64,000 nt of DNA from Chitinophagaceae bacterium (GTDB lineage: Bacteria; Bacteroidota; Bacteroidia; Chitinophagales; Chitinophagaceae). Location of the stretch: assembly GCA_031360765.1 (NCBI GenBank), contig JANMBZ010000023.1:15016-79015 (forward strand), given 5' to 3'. The notes below the pieces were generated by a model. The model was not told the origin of the DNA and searched no databases. It saw only the letters and a list, made by a program, of their open reading frames with translations. A program made the position numbers and the translations under genes. This document shows positions 9,459 through 18,276 of the stretch, piece by piece (within the stretch, counting starts at the first letter, position 1; every line of letters begins with the position of its first letter).

Positions 9459-9863
9459 TTAACTGGCTTTGGATAAATTCAGATCAGGTTCATAACTGCG
9501 AATCCATTCTTTTACATTAAAGCCCGGAGAGATAGAACTTGATTCCAGTTCATCATGTCCTACAATGGCTGCACTTGGGTATTTTATGGACAGCGCAACG
9601 ATTTTATTAAACAGTGATTCTTCCTGGTTGGGGGTTTTTGTATCTCCCAATGTGCCTGATTTGTTTCTGCCGCCTGCATACGCAATATGTATGGCTTCGT
9701 TATCCACCCGCTCCACATTTTTCACAATGGCTGCGTCTGCATGAATACGTTTTATTTCGCCGGTTCTTTCCACCACATAATGATAAAGGCCATAGAACTG
9801 AGAAACTTTAGGGTCAAAGGTTGCTGTACTGTGTACAATAATGTACCTGATATGTCTTTTCAT
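9459..9863 (-). CDS. N-acetylmuramoyl-L-alanine amidase homologue (Amidase_2/T7 lysozyme/PGRP fold), probably non-catalytic
   Basis: IIVHSTA, YHYVV, IAYAGG, IVGHDEL; SPGF where CPxF is expected. Confidence 0.75.
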   Translation of the reverse strand: MKRHIRYIIVHSTATFDPKVSQFYGLYHYVVERTGEIKRIHADAAIVKNVERVDNEAIHIAYAGGRNKSGTLGDTKTPNQEESLFNKIVALSIKYPSAAIVGHDELESSSISPGFNVKEWIRSYEPDLNLSKAS

Positions 9864-9872
9864 AAAATAATT

Positions 9873-10832
9873 TTAAAGCTGTCTTATTGATTTTGTTTGC
9901 ACTAAAAAATGTTTGCCGTTGTTTTCAAAGAGGGTGTAGTCTAACCGTTTGCTTACTTCATTTCCGAGTACCATCCGGGCCGGTACTTTTATTGCTTCGG
10001 ATGAATTAACCCAAATGGTTGTCGGTTCAATCGTTACAATGCTTACTCCATCAAAACCACCCAGGCTCCATTTGTTGCCATCAAACTGCAAACCCATCCG
10101 CAGGAACTCAAAACGGATAGCCTGTTTCTGTTCATCTTTTGTAAATGTGTTGAGCAATCCATTTACCAGTGTTTGACGAACACCGCCGTTGAGCCGGTAG
10201 TTTTTAAATTCATCACTTACTTCTTTGTAATCGTCTTTTGTATTTAACCGCTTGAGCAATTGTACGGTTTTAGAAAAATCAATTTTGCTGGCGGCTGTGT
10301 ACACTTGTTGAGCCATACTTATTTTTGTTTGATTGCGCCCCTGCACCAAAACATTGTATGTACTCTCATCAATGCTTACAGGTATTTTCAGCTTTTTTAA
10401 AGCCACTACCATTTCAGAACCAAAGTCGCCATCAGCACCATAGCGGGGCAAAATCAGTTTACCATGCTTTGCAATCAATGCTTCCTGTAGTGCTTTTACC
10501 TTATCACCCTTGCTTCCCCGCCTTAATGGAAAGCCGTCTTTACCTGCTGGTATATCCGTTTCAGGATAATTATAAACAGGTTGTGGTTTTGTTCTGGGCT
10601 TGGGTGCAGTTTTGTAAACCGGCTTGAACACAGGAGTATCATTGTAAACAGGTAAGTCCGGCTGTCCAGTTTTCTTTTTAAAGATCACATCCGGTTCATC
10701 ATTACTTTTTTCTTTCTTCTTTTTATAATACTGCCAGCCAAAATATCCCAGAATACCTGCTGCACCAACCGCCAGAGTGGTCAACACTATTTTTTTCTTT
10801 TGTTGTTTTTTTGTGTTTACTTTTTTCTTCAT
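9873..10832 (-). CDS. Membrane-anchored peptidoglycan-binding-domain protein
   Basis: Basic N-terminus + TM; PG_binding_1-like LRRGSKGDKVKALQEAL...ADGDFG; C-terminal beta domain after LGGFDG. Confidence 0.7.
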   Translation of the reverse strand: MKKKVNTKKQQKKKIVLTTLAVGAAGILGYFGWQYYKKKKEKSNDEPDVIFKKKTGQPDLPVYNDTPVFKPVYKTAPKPRTKPQPVYNYPETDIPAGKDGFPLRRGSKGDKVKALQEALIAKHGKLILPRYGADGDFGSEMVVALKKLKIPVSIDESTYNVLVQGRNQTKISMAQQVYTAASKIDFSKTVQLLKRLNTKDDYKEVSDEFKNYRLNGGVRQTLVNGLLNTFTKDEQKQAIRFEFLRMGLQFDGNKWSLGGFDGVSIVTIEPTTIWVNSSEAIKVPARMVLGNEVSKRLDYTLFENNGKHFLVQTKSIRQL

Positions 10833-10883
10833 AAAACTGTTTTTAAAGTCTCTCCGCCAACCGGCGGAAGAGATTCAGAGGGG

Positions 10884-11582
10884 CTATGTTTTTGGTTTTT
10901 TTGCAATGATATTCAGCATCGGGTCTATCTCATAAAATTCCAGTTCGCTCTGCAGGTCTTTCATCATATCATCACCGTACTCATTTTTATATGCAAGTAC
11001 TACCTGTCCAAATGCTGCCTGCGTAGGTATTTCCATGAACACTGTTTTAATGGCATTCTCATCTGTTCCGGGGAATGGGCCATACATAATTTTAAAAGCA
11101 GCCCTTAATCTTTTTGCCCAGAAAAGGTATTGTGTTTGTGATAATACCGGTGCAATCAGTGTATTGCCTCTTTCTGGTTTTGCTCCGATAATAGCAAGCA
11201 TTTCACTGTATTCTGTTGAGGTCAGTTCATCCTGCATGTCTTTCATCAAACTACGGGCATACAGTTTTTGATAAGAGTTAATTACTTTTCTGAAAACTTC
11301 TTTACTTGGTACAGCTTTCAATGTTTTTCGGATGGCTTCTTCATCTGTTCCCCAGCCAAACCACATATCATTATCAAAAGCCATTTTTAATTGCTTTGCA
11401 AAAGTTGCTTCGTTACCTTCTTCATACGTCTTCTTTTCTTCACCTGTTGATCTTGCATTTCTTACTAAGCTGCGGCCAATGAAAAAACTTCCACCTAAAA
11501 CAACTACCCCTAAAACGCTGTAGGTGACTGTTTCTTTGAGTGTAAACTCATCATGCTTATTTGTAGAACGCTTGTTGCTCAT
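10884..11582 (-). CDS. Membrane-anchored protein with two annexin-like repeats
   Basis: GWGTDEEAI...YQKLYARSLMKDMQDEL and PGTDENAI...YKNEYGDDMMKDLQSEL match the annexin repeat consensus; N-terminal TM. Confidence 0.75.
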   Translation of the reverse strand: MSNKRSTNKHDEFTLKETVTYSVLGVVVLGGSFFIGRSLVRNARSTGEEKKTYEEGNEATFAKQLKMAFDNDMWFGWGTDEEAIRKTLKAVPSKEVFRKVINSYQKLYARSLMKDMQDELTSTEYSEMLAIIGAKPERGNTLIAPVLSQTQYLFWAKRLRAAFKIMYGPFPGTDENAIKTVFMEIPTQAAFGQVVLAYKNEYGDDMMKDLQSELEFYEIDPMLNIIAKKPKT

Positions 11583-11618
11583 ATTGGTATTCTTATTCCT
11601 TTTCAGGGTATTAGGGGG

Positions 11619-11801
11619 TTAAACTCCCAGGTATTTTTTCGCCAACGCTGTTTTCACAGGATCATTCTTAATGGTATGCGCCAGCTTGGTTAATTCTTTT
11701 TGGCTAAGTTTGGAAGCCAGTGTTGTCAATGCCGTCATTTTTGCATCGGCTTCGCTTTCTGTTTTGGCTTCAATGGTTATATCATACTGGTATTTATTCA
11801 T
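11619..11801 (-). CDS. Small hypothetical protein
   Basis: 60 aa, ATGA overlap with upstream gene. Confidence 0.7.
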   Translation of the reverse strand: MNKYQYDITIEAKTESEADAKMTALTTLASKLSQKELTKLAHTIKNDPVKTALAKKYLGV

Positions 11802-12610
11802 GGTTGTGGATTTTTAATGTTGAGTAATTCTGCTACGGTATTTACATGAGCCGGTTCTTCCATCAGTTGATTGAGAATACCAATCACGGCTACCATTTGT
11901 TGCTCATCAAATCTTGCCTGCAATTGTTGAAGGGTAGCGATGTATTGCTGTTGCTCTTCAGTTAATGGAGTTGGTTCGTTTGCTTTTTTCTGAAAGGTTG
12001 CCTCACCCTGTGGTTGTGTTTGTTCCACTTGCTTTATCTCTTTGCTGCCAAAACCTGTTATCCCTATTCCGTTTAATACATCTGCATTTTTTTCTGCCAG
12101 CTTACCGAGTACAGCAGAACCGAACTCAATCAGATCTAAATTTTTCAGTTTGTGTTTATCGCTGGTGGATTGTTCTAATTTTTCTTCCAGTTCTTCAATG
12201 TATTCTTCTGCATCTTCTAACTTCTGTTTTGTTTCTACCAGTTCTTCCTGTATTCGTTTTGCTTCATGCTCCTTATCCCTTGCTGTCAGCTTCTCCTGGA
12301 TGATGTTTTCAATATCACCGAGGCCATTCAATCCCTTGTCCTGTTTGTGTTGCTTTACATAAAAACAATACTGGTCGTTACGGGGCGATAGATTAGAGTT
12401 GTAAATCTGGATGCGGATTTTTTCTGTATCATCATTCATGTAATACTCATAATTGTCAAACTCTTTCGGGTCTTCAGTTTTTGGAACCACCTTCAGACTG
12501 TCAACAAATATTTCGTAAGGCTTGGCATGTCCCTTTGCTGTCATGTCTTCCAGAAAATGCTTCAGCTTGTCTATTTTAAGCTGGTCGTAATTATCGTGTG
12601 TTATGGGCAT
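11798..12610 (-). CDS. Acidic coiled-coil hypothetical protein
   Basis: Globular N-terminus, GLNGLG motif, coiled coil, second LNGIG/ITGFG motif; overlaps both neighbours. Confidence 0.7.
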   Translation of the reverse strand: MPITHDNYDQLKIDKLKHFLEDMTAKGHAKPYEIFVDSLKVVPKTEDPKEFDNYEYYMNDDTEKIRIQIYNSNLSPRNDQYCFYVKQHKQDKGLNGLGDIENIIQEKLTARDKEHEAKRIQEELVETKQKLEDAEEYIEELEEKLEQSTSDKHKLKNLDLIEFGSAVLGKLAEKNADVLNGIGITGFGSKEIKQVEQTQPQGEATFQKKANEPTPLTEEQQQYIATLQQLQARFDEQQMVAVIGILNQLMEEPAHVNTVAELLNIKNPQP

Positions 12611-12930
12611 GGCTTTTCTGTTTTGGGTATTACCTGGATAAATCTTGCATGTTGGGTGATTGCTGCATAATTTATTATGCGGACAGATCCCTGGTGTTCG
12701 TACTGCAACTCATTTACATAATCAATGGTTACATCAAATATTCCTGCATCGCTTTCTACTGAAATGGTATCTACCGGTTCAATCAATAACAACAACTGGT
12801 TTTGTGCATTAACTTTTATTTCTTCTTTTGGCAGCAATACAAAGTGGCGGAACTGGATGCTGTAATCATCCCCATAGCCGAGTTCTTTCATTCGTGCCGG
12901 TATATATTCCAAAGCCAGTTCAATTGTCAT
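12601..12930 (-). CDS. Small beta-rich protein, candidate minor virion protein
   Basis: Alternating hydrophobic strands; ATGA overlap with upstream gene. Confidence 0.5.
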   Translation of the reverse strand: MTIELALEYIPARMKELGYGDDYSIQFRHFVLLPKEEIKVNAQNQLLLLIEPVDTISVESDAGIFDVTIDYVNELQYEHQGSVRIINYAAITQHARFIQVIPKTEKPCP

Positions 12931-13484
12931 TGTTTGTTGTTTACCTTTCTTTCAATCCAGATATACAGTGTTACCCTGTACTGAATATTTATGTTGTAAT
13001 ATGCTCCCACTGCATCTTTAAACTGTCCGTTGATGAGTTGGCATCCGCAAATATTCACCGGGTCTTCTTCTCTTTTTGTGCCATGCGACCAAATCGTAAA
13101 ATCAGAAAAATTGTTACCATCATTGGGTACATCTTCTCCTTTCAACCGCAGAGGTGCAACCAGTAATTCATTAAATACTCCTTCTGACACAATTTTCAGT
13201 TCATTTACACCAATGTTGATGTCCTTATCAAAAATCTCCTTTGCATAAAACAGGTTTGGTTTTCCCGATGCCTGTAATTGCAGCGTTCCGATTAACCTGT
13301 TTCGCCGGATAATGTTTGCATCGCCCTGTGTGTATGGAAGAAAATCTGGCAAAACAGATTCTACAAACAAACCCGTTTCAATACCGATAATTTTATCAGT
13401 GTCCCTGGGCAGTTTCACCTGGAAAAAAAGTTGTTCTTTTCTCTTAGTAATACCAATGGATTGTATGATGACTTCTTCTTTCAT
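12927..13484 (-). CDS. Beta-rich candidate jelly-roll protein, paralog of 13484-13924
   Basis: FQVKLPRDTDKIIGI...GQFKD...YRVTLYI; likely start MKEE at 13484 forming a TAATG overlap. Confidence 0.55.
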   Translation of the reverse strand: MKEEVIIQSIGITKRKEQLFFQVKLPRDTDKIIGIETGLFVESVLPDFLPYTQGDANIIRRNRLIGTLQLQASGKPNLFYAKEIFDKDINIGVNELKIVSEGVFNELLVAPLRLKGEDVPNDGNNFSDFTIWSHGTKREEDPVNICGCQLINGQFKDAVGAYYNINIQYRVTLYIWIERKVNNKQ

Positions 13485-13924
13485 TATCCTATAATACATT
13501 CTACATACAGCGAAACACGGTAGGGAACAAAAATGGCACGGCTGTCGTTGCTGTCTTTGTATTCTACTTTTACAGAACCATTACCTGCCGGTTGATTGCC
13601 CAAATCGTAATAACGGTGGTTAGGAGCAACATTGATACCCGACAAAAGCAGTTTGCTTTCGTAATTCTCAGGAAAAATTTCTTCCTTATTAATCTCCACT
13701 TTTTGTGAACCTCGATAGTAGAGTAAATCATCTTTATCAGCAGTAAACAACATGCCCTTAATGGAAACAATGTTTTTATCCAGTTCAAATGTTTTGCTGA
13801 AGATTTTATTCGGTTCTGTTACAGCAATGTCAAATCGTTTCTTTACAGTTTGCATAGGGTACGGATTAGGGTACGGATTAATGTTCTTTAAATCAGTTGC
13901 TACCGGCAGGGAGTTATTGTCCAT
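13484..13924 (-). CDS. Beta-rich candidate single jelly-roll protein
   Basis: KTFELDKNIVSIKGM...VEYKD...YRVSLYV; roughly eight strands by eye; true start may be 13855. Confidence 0.55.
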   Translation of the reverse strand: MDNNSLPVATDLKNINPYPNPYPMQTVKKRFDIAVTEPNKIFSKTFELDKNIVSIKGMLFTADKDDLLYYRGSQKVEINKEEIFPENYESKLLLSGINVAPNHRYYDLGNQPAGNGSVKVEYKDSNDSRAIFVPYRVSLYVECIIG

Positions 13925-13990
13925 TCCCCCCGCCGTTTTCGTTTACCACTTTCGCAGTAATCTCAGGTAGCAACCAAAACCTAAATTATT

Positions 13991-14710
13991 TTACGGAGTA
14001 GTGATAGTACCGTGCATAGCCGCATAGATATAGGTGTTCTGCGGAATGCCTTCCATTGTACCCAGTTCAATGGTCATTTCAATTAACACATCATCATGTA
14101 TCAATCTTGGGTTGGCCAGTTTGTAATAACCCAATGGCACATTCCTGTTATTGGTCGTTTTAAAAACGATGTTGCTGGTTTCAGGTACAATCTGTTTTTT
14201 ATTGCTTTTGAGATTGAACTCACCGTTGGCAATGGTAGGAAATTCTTCCAGCCCTTTGTAGCTGGTGGCAATCACCTTGTCTTTGCTTGCATCAGCAGCA
14301 GTACCTGCCAGTAAGATGATACCACTTACTAGAAACGCCTGGTTCTTTGGCAATTTGGAATTGCTGATATTACGCAAGCCAATTTCCTTGTCATCCTGTG
14401 TTTCGAACAGCTTGATGGTTTTGGATGTAACCGGTTTGATGGAATAAATGATACTGTCAGCCAAACGCAGTTCACCTTTTACCAATGCCTCTTTGATGTT
14501 TACAGGTAACTCACCAAAGAATCTTTCCATCTCTGCCCTTGAACCTTTGCTGGCTGCACCCGTGTTGGATAATTTTGATACCATTTTCAACCGGTTAATT
14601 GGGTTCATTTTACGAAGTGCGCCGAGCAGCTCTCCGTCATCTACACCTTCCAGTCCGAGCAATGCTCCCTGGTTATTGTATTCTTCAATTCCTTCTAAAA
14701 GTCCTAACAT
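13991..14710 (-). CDS. Candidate single jelly-roll major capsid protein with Gly-rich N-terminal propeptide
   Basis: NISNSKLPKNQAFLVSGI segment and beta-strand pattern; leader MLGLLEG...LLGLEG...LLG. Fold is inferred only. Confidence 0.5.
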   Translation of the reverse strand: MLGLLEGIEEYNNQGALLGLEGVDDGELLGALRKMNPINRLKMVSKLSNTGAASKGSRAEMERFFGELPVNIKEALVKGELRLADSIIYSIKPVTSKTIKLFETQDDKEIGLRNISNSKLPKNQAFLVSGIILLAGTAADASKDKVIATSYKGLEEFPTIANGEFNLKSNKKQIVPETSNIVFKTTNNRNVPLGYYKLANPRLIHDDVLIEMTIELGTMEGIPQNTYIYAAMHGTITTP

Positions 14711-14723
14711 GATTTTTCGTTTT

Positions 14724-14805
14724 GCCCCCTAACCCCTAAAGGGGAGTTAAGAGAGATTATTAATTGAATTTGATTTTGTTTTTACTCCCCTTTAGAGGTT
14801 CGGGC
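14724..14805. repeat. Inverted pair of REP-like units upstream of the candidate capsid gene
   Basis: GCCCCCTAACCCCTAAAGGGGAGT (14724-14747) is near reverse complement of ACTCCCCTTTAGAGGTTCGGGC (14784-14805). Confidence 0.7.
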
Positions 14806-15389
14806 TAATAAAGCCTTTCTTCCCATTCATCATCAACCTCCATTTCTGGGAGTGCGGCACCGGTCATTTGCTGAAACTGCATACCGCTTTCAATAAGCTG
14901 ATCTTCTATGCTGTTGAGGGCATTTAATCCGCCATTCATTTCCTGGTCGTAGTTGAAGTATTGTAATTGCCCAAAGCCATTGGTTGCTGCGGCTGATTTT
15001 TGCTTCAGGATTTTATCCAGGTAAAGTTTTTCAGAAAAATTTTCTTTGTAAGCCATTAACCTTTCTTTCACACCATCCAATCCTTCCAACCCATTCACAC
15101 CTTTTCCTCTTTGAAATCCATTGGCAGCCATCATACCAATACCGAGCAGCGTTAGCATACGGCTTTGCGTATAGTGTCCGGTTCCGGTAGTCACTATTCC
15201 TATTGCAAGGGATGGCCTTCCGATGGCAGAGCCAATCAGCCCTCCACCGAGTACCGCTACCAGCAGATCCTTACCCGTTTCCAGCATGGTGTTTTTTACA
15301 TTGCCTTTGGTGGGCAGTTCTTCATTCATGCCCGAAAGAAATCCTTTCTTCCTGGCTTTTTGTTTGTATTGATTTTTTTGATTAGGCAT
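14805..15389 (-). CDS. Gly-rich membrane protein with basic N-terminus and acidic tail
   Basis: 2-3 hydrophobic Gly-rich segments; VNGLEGLDG, TNGFG, MNGGL motifs. Confidence 0.65.
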   Translation of the reverse strand: MPNQKNQYKQKARKKGFLSGMNEELPTKGNVKNTMLETGKDLLVAVLGGGLIGSAIGRPSLAIGIVTTGTGHYTQSRMLTLLGIGMMAANGFQRGKGVNGLEGLDGVKERLMAYKENFSEKLYLDKILKQKSAAATNGFGQLQYFNYDQEMNGGLNALNSIEDQLIESGMQFQQMTGAALPEMEVDDEWEERLY

Positions 15390-15418
15390 ACTTTGAGTTT
15401 TTTAAAGTGTACGGATTA

Positions 15419-17320
15419 CTACAGCAGGGCTATAGCTTTTTTGTTGTGATGTTTGCTTTTGTGGCTTTTATTTCGTTGATGATTTTTCTTTCTTGAATTA
15501 TTCGGCGCACCGGATAATGATTTAGCCGGGGGAGACGATTTATTTTGTGTTTTACTTCCCTTGAACATGGCATAACCAATTCCGATTACGGTTAAGCCTC
15601 CCACACCAATGGCAACCGGCTTCAGCCATTGTTTATTCTTTTCCCAAAAGCCCGGATTATCGTTGTTATTATTATTGTTGTTGTCTGTATTCTTATTGTC
15701 TGCATTATTTGTTACTGCTTTTTCTGCTGCATTGCTGTATATAACTGCATCGTTGTTTTCATTGACGGCTGCATTTGCTTTAACAACCATTTTGTTCGCT
15801 TCTGCTACCTTCACTGGTAATTCCGTTGGTATATTATTATCCGGTGTTGGAGTAGCTTCATTGATTATAACATTCGGTAGTGGCGTTGGCGGAGGATTTA
15901 TTGGTACAGGCGAATTTTTATCTGCATCTTCATTTACTTTTTCGTCAAAGTCTTCTGCGCCTTTGGTTTTCTTTTGGAAAATATTACCTACGTCTTTCAG
16001 CATGGCAACAATACCTGCAACCACAGCCGCCGCTGCGGCAATGCTGGCTAATGTGATGGGTTCACCGAGTTCGCCAAAATCTCCCATGCCATTTACATTC
16101 TCATCCTGGTAAACTTCCATACCAAGCAGTTCAGGCATTGCAGTATATTCATTCATATACTCTACACCCTCCAGGTCAATCATCCCAAAGCCATCAAAAC
16201 CATTTACAGCTTTGTCCTTATTTCCCTTACCATTTAGTATAGCTTTCTTCAGGTTTTTTACAGTACCACCGGCACCAAAAAATATCTTTTCCAGTTTCAT
16301 CCTGGCATTCACCAGCTTTTGAAACTTAGCCGGATCAATGCTTCTCTTTACTGCCTCCTGTGGTGAAAGGTAACTCCAGCGTAACCGCCCTGCCGTATTC
16401 CTTATGTTTAGTTTCATGCTGGCAAGTATGCCATTACGCAAGAGTACGGTTGCGGGGTTAGCCTTATTCACCACATTTAGCAGCTTCCCAAAGAATTTTT
16501 TCTTCTTTGGTTTGGGGGTGTTTCCACCGGGTAGCGGGTCTGGGTTTTCTACAGGATCAGCAGCCGGGTTTTGTTGCAAAATATTTGCAGCTTTTTTCTT
16601 CATACCCGGCATGTGTTTTTTCAGAGGTATTTGTTTTTTGGCTTTCACAGGCAAGGGTTTCTTTCCCTTCATACCCATTCTTTGCTGAATGATGCGACCT
16701 AATTCTGCCATGCCATCACCTTCATCAGATTGGTACTTTATATTGCGGCCATTGTATGATGGCATTGCTTCAAAGCCGTTGAGATATTGTAAATCCATAG
16801 GATAATCTTTTTTTTCGCTAAAGGGTACTTCGTAATTAAAGCGGTCTGTTACACAATCAATTGTTATTTGTCCATTGTTGAAAGGCACGATGGGGTAGAT
16901 ATGCTGAAAATAATCATGGCTATACTTTGTTATCCGAAGGACATGAGGTATGCCGAGATTGGACAGGATACTGGATATAAAAACGGAGTAACAATCGCAA
17001 TCTACCCCACTGAATCTATCGTGCCAGGCTCTTGACGGGCTTCTTATCTGCTCATAGCCCGGTTGGTCTTTCTTGTAGTTAATGTGTTCATATACAAACT
17101 GCCAGATGTTTTTACAGGTTTCATAAATATTGTTACGGTTCAGTTGCTGCGATAATTGTTTTGTTTGGTGTAAAGTTTCCTGCACCACTTTTGGAATAAA
17201 AGCAACCGTGTGATACACATTCGCATTGCTGCGGATTGTAGAATTATTGCCCTCTGCTTCGGGAAACATGGGATCGTATTCCCTGCCGTTTTTAATATTC
17301 CTTTTTCGTGTTGCTTCCAT
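15419..17320 (-). CDS. Transglutaminase-like cysteine protease domain fused to a multi-segment membrane protein
   Basis: YEHINYKKD, VDCDCYSVFISSIL (Cys), FQHIYP (His), TIDCV (Asp); two TMs, Pro/Asn-rich linkers, basic tail. Confidence 0.75.
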   Translation of the reverse strand: MEATRKRNIKNGREYDPMFPEAEGNNSTIRSNANVYHTVAFIPKVVQETLHQTKQLSQQLNRNNIYETCKNIWQFVYEHINYKKDQPGYEQIRSPSRAWHDRFSGVDCDCYSVFISSILSNLGIPHVLRITKYSHDYFQHIYPIVPFNNGQITIDCVTDRFNYEVPFSEKKDYPMDLQYLNGFEAMPSYNGRNIKYQSDEGDGMAELGRIIQQRMGMKGKKPLPVKAKKQIPLKKHMPGMKKKAANILQQNPAADPVENPDPLPGGNTPKPKKKKFFGKLLNVVNKANPATVLLRNGILASMKLNIRNTAGRLRWSYLSPQEAVKRSIDPAKFQKLVNARMKLEKIFFGAGGTVKNLKKAILNGKGNKDKAVNGFDGFGMIDLEGVEYMNEYTAMPELLGMEVYQDENVNGMGDFGELGEPITLASIAAAAAVVAGIVAMLKDVGNIFQKKTKGAEDFDEKVNEDADKNSPVPINPPPTPLPNVIINEATPTPDNNIPTELPVKVAEANKMVVKANAAVNENNDAVIYSNAAEKAVTNNADNKNTDNNNNNNNDNPGFWEKNKQWLKPVAIGVGGLTVIGIGYAMFKGSKTQNKSSPPAKSLSGAPNNSRKKNHQRNKSHKSKHHNKKAIALL

Positions 17321-17334
17321 CGGGTGTTAGATTC

Positions 17335-17817
17335 CTATTTTTTCAAAGTGATTTCATCATTACTCTCATAAGGCAATTCCGTCCAGCCGAGGTTTACAGT
17401 AGTCATTACTTTTACTGTCAGCTTCACAGGCTTTTTGTTTTGAAGGTCTTTCAGCACTCCACTCGTTACAGAAAAAAAACTCATCACCGGAATTGTTACC
17501 AATATTTTTTCAATAACCGTTTCACCAAAAGCCGGAATCTTTATTTCTTTATTCACTGCCTGGCTGCTGCCAATCGTTGTGCCGTTGTAGAGAATTTTAA
17601 CAAAGGGGAACTTTATAGAGAAAGTCCCCTTTGTTGGGTTTTTCAACAGGACATCAACTCTTAAAACAATCGCATTCCAGTTTAACTGGTACAGGTTAGC
17701 CTTTGGAAGGATTTCCAGTTCAGCCTGTGTTTTCTTCAGTTTCTTTACATAGCTCACTGCTGCCAACACACCTGCACCTAATAGTGTTCCGGTCAATATT
17801 TTTGAAGTAATGCTCAC
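17335..17817 (-). CDS. LEA_2/WHy-like beta-sandwich protein with N-terminal TM
   Basis: TM then VLLKNPT...YNGTTIG...IKIPAFGET pattern. Confidence 0.55.
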   Translation of the reverse strand: MSITSKILTGTLLGAGVLAAVSYVKKLKKTQAELEILPKANLYQLNWNAIVLRVDVLLKNPTKGTFSIKFPFVKILYNGTTIGSSQAVNKEIKIPAFGETVIEKILVTIPVMSFFSVTSGVLKDLQNKKPVKLTVKVMTTVNLGWTELPYESNDEITLKK

Positions 17818-18002
17818 TACTTATTTTTTCTTTTTCTGTCAATATAATCTGCGGTGAATTTGTAACCGAGCCAGATAGCACCGCCAACTGCCGCTTTTAT
17901 AGCATAGTCGAGCAATCCGGCAAAATCAAGATTGGCGAGGAAAATTGCACCTGTTAAAAAAATGCTGCTGGATGTATTTTCAGATGATGTTTTAGTATCC
18001 AT
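17817..18002 (-). CDS. Small membrane protein
   Basis: 61 aa, hydrophobic helices, basic C-terminus; stop overlaps next start. Confidence 0.65.
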   Translation of the reverse strand: MDTKTSSENTSSSIFLTGAIFLANLDFAGLLDYAIKAAVGGAIWLGYKFTADYIDRKRKNK

Positions 18003-18012
18003 AGTTTGAATT

Positions 18013-18273
18013 TTAAACTGCTTGTTTTAATGGCTGAATAGGGGCAATCGATGAAATTTTTTGTGGCATACCGAGTATGGTGAATATGCCTGTTACCTGT
18101 TCTATGGTAAAGAACATTTTTGTTTTATTGCTGTAAGCCGGTGCTTTGCTATCAATCCACCGCTTCATGGTTTTTGTACTAACTCCATAGATAGCACTTA
18201 GGTCTTTCATGCGATAGGGACGGATTATTAAATAGCCTTGTTCATCATAATAAGGCTTAGGTACTCGCTGCAT
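18013..18273 (-). CDS. DUF4248-like / Xis-MerR-type HTH DNA-binding protein
   Basis: IRPYRMKDLSAIYGVSTKTMKRWI...FTIEQV..IF..LG.P. Confidence 0.7.
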   Translation of the reverse strand: MQRVPKPYYDEQGYLIIRPYRMKDLSAIYGVSTKTMKRWIDSKAPAYSNKTKMFFTIEQVTGIFTILGMPQKISSIAPIQPLKQAV

Positions 18274-18276
18274 TGC

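Noticed and set aside
15655-15712. Microsatellite or CRISPR-like repeat
   Set aside because: Encodes the poly-Asn linker of the 633-aa protein; no repeat-spacer array seen anywhere in the window
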